From Gemmatimonadota bacterium (GTDB taxonomy: Bacteria; JAAXHH01), in assembly GCA_026706345.1 (NCBI GenBank), contig JAPOYX010000026.1:1863-65862 (forward strand): 64,000 nucleotides of DNA, in the 5' to 3' direction. This document shows, piece after piece, positions 62,745 through 64,000 of the stretch. The notes under the pieces were generated by a model. That model made no database searches. It worked only from the letters and a program-made list of their open reading frames with translations, and was not told the DNA's origin. Every line of letters begins with the position of its first letter. The first letter of the stretch is position 1. A program made the translations under genes and the position numbers.

Positions 62745-62826
62745 ATCGGACCTCCGTTCTGTGGGTTATCAAGAAGAACCACTGCAATTGTAGCTTCACA
62801 ACAGTAAACGGATGACTCAGAGGTGG

Positions 62827-63609
62827 TCACCAGGACGCCTGATCGGGAACGCCGCCGCTGACGGTTATATCCATCCCGGGTTCGGGCGGGATACGCCGGC
62901 CCGCCGTCGAGGGGTTCGATGGATCAGGCCAGTCTCTGAAGATTCCTCTGACCTCGCCGGTTACCTCGTCCCGCAGGAGCGCCATGAATCGATCCCCGTC
63001 ACCGTCGAGCTCGGCATAACTCGCGGAGCCGGAGAGGGTTATGCGGTACAGGCCGCCAGGCCAAGTCTCCCGCACGGGGAGAATGAAGGCGAAGGAGCCG
63101 CCCTCGGCATCGGCGTATTCCGACATGGCGAAGGAAAGAGAGAACAGATTGCCGCCGTCTTCGGTCTCTGCCGTAATGGTATACGGACCGTCCGCATCAG
63201 GCAGTTTGGGCGGCGCGTCGACCACAAATGCAGGCTCGAGCGTGAGTTCACCGGCTCCGTCCAGCCCTCCCCAGAGCAATAGTCCTTTCGAGGCGGCTGC
63301 AATTGCCGGCGGGATCATGGTGCCTAACGCAATGCGGTGGGTCAACGCCCTGGAGAAGGAATAGTCGCTGATCCACATCGGCTCGCAGTAACTCATCAGG
63401 TCCCAGGTCTGGGAACTCACCAGGGATTCGCTCATCATATCGTATCCGGAAACCCCGATGGATCCATCGTCATAGGGATAGTACGGGTCGGGACCTCCGG
63501 CGCCGGCAACGGGTTGCCCGTTTCCAATGAAATGGAGACAGGCTGGGTCCGTAGCTGTCGGATGTGCCGTGGCCCGAAGTGGTGAGGAACTAATAGATAT
63601 ACGGTGCAA
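62827..63609 (-). CDS. Hypothetical protein
   Basis: 260-aa ORF with no recognised motif. Coding-like composition. Confidence 0.3.
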   Translation of the reverse strand: MHRISISSSPLRATAHPTATDPACLHFIGNGQPVAGAGGPDPYYPYDDGSIGVSGYDMMSESLVSSQTWDLMSYCEPMWISDYSFSRALTHRIALGTMIPPAIAAASKGLLLWGGLDGAGELTLEPAFVVDAPPKLPDADGPYTITAETEDGGNLFSLSFAMSEYADAEGGSFAFILPVRETWPGGLYRITLSGSASYAELDGDGDRFMALLRDEVTGEVRGIFRDWPDPSNPSTAGRRIPPEPGMDITVSGGVPDQASW

Positions 63610-63615
63610 GTGAAA

Positions 63616-63924
63616 TCAGAATTTGAGCGTCAGGCTTACGCCAGCGAGATCGTCCGCAACGACCGGGTTGATCTGCAACGACGCCTGCCGTAACTCCCGG
63701 TTGATTCTGTTGGCGGAAATCGGTGCGTCGATTATGGACCAGATTACGCTTCCCACCAGGACCGCTGCCCCGATGTTAATGGCCGTTTCATTGGAACGCT
63801 CTTCATAGCGAAAATGAAACGTAGTCGAACCTGGGGTCTGCGTTATGCTTCCTGAGGATTCCTCCTTTTTGTCATTGACGCCATAAACCAGGATGCCGAC
63901 ACCGGTAGCGGCGCCCAGCAACAT
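63616..63924 (-). CDS. Hypothetical small membrane protein
   Basis: 102 aa with hydrophobic segments (AAVLVGSVIWSIID). Confidence 0.3.
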   Translation of the reverse strand: MLLGAATGVGILVYGVNDKKEESSGSITQTPGSTTFHFRYEERSNETAINIGAAVLVGSVIWSIIDAPISANRINRELRQASLQINPVVADDLAGVSLTLKF

Positions 63925-64000
63925 AAGGCCGCCCTTCGTGTTTTCTCCGTTATAGAACTGCCCGCCACCCGGGATCAGCCACGATAAGAAGAAGGCCGCC

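Overview
This is a 64-kb high-GC segment (most genes about 65% GC by eye), almost certainly bacterial chromosome. The left third (1-21.4 kb) is a minus-strand gene array. It runs from an AddA-type UvrD helicase (partial at the window edge) through an AddB-like RecB-family nuclease, a YgjP-like zinc peptidase and a Type I restriction-modification locus (hsdR ... hsdS, hsdM). Between hsdS and hsdR sits an AT-richer insertion of about 9 kb that looks laterally acquired. It carries a 1227-aa protein with only a C-terminal Mrr-like PD-(D/E)XK nuclease motif, a 981-aa gamma-class N6-adenine DNA methyltransferase, a 222-aa Mrr-like nuclease whose start overlaps the methyltransferase stop by 4 nt, a protein with a nucleoside 2-deoxyribosyltransferase/TIR-like (SLOG) domain, and an RHH antitoxin with no intact toxin gene next to it. 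This embedded cassette is the best candidate for an undescribed defence module. The remaining 42 kb is housekeeping and accessory metabolism. It includes three phytanoyl-CoA dioxygenase paralogs, an IPNS-like oxygenase, P5C dehydrogenase, ferredoxin with CopA, a sugar ABC transporter, an aminotransferase, a multi-GAF histidine kinase with a receiver-PP2C regulator, leuCD, DUF512-der-merR, an M1 aminopeptidase, IHF/HU, an M81 peptidase, msrA, and the Na+-pumping oxaloacetate decarboxylase operon oadGBA. Several short tandem repeat arrays are also present (44-bp, 21-bp in-frame, about 45-bp, and a recurring 14-mer). No rRNA, tRNA or CRISPR array was found.
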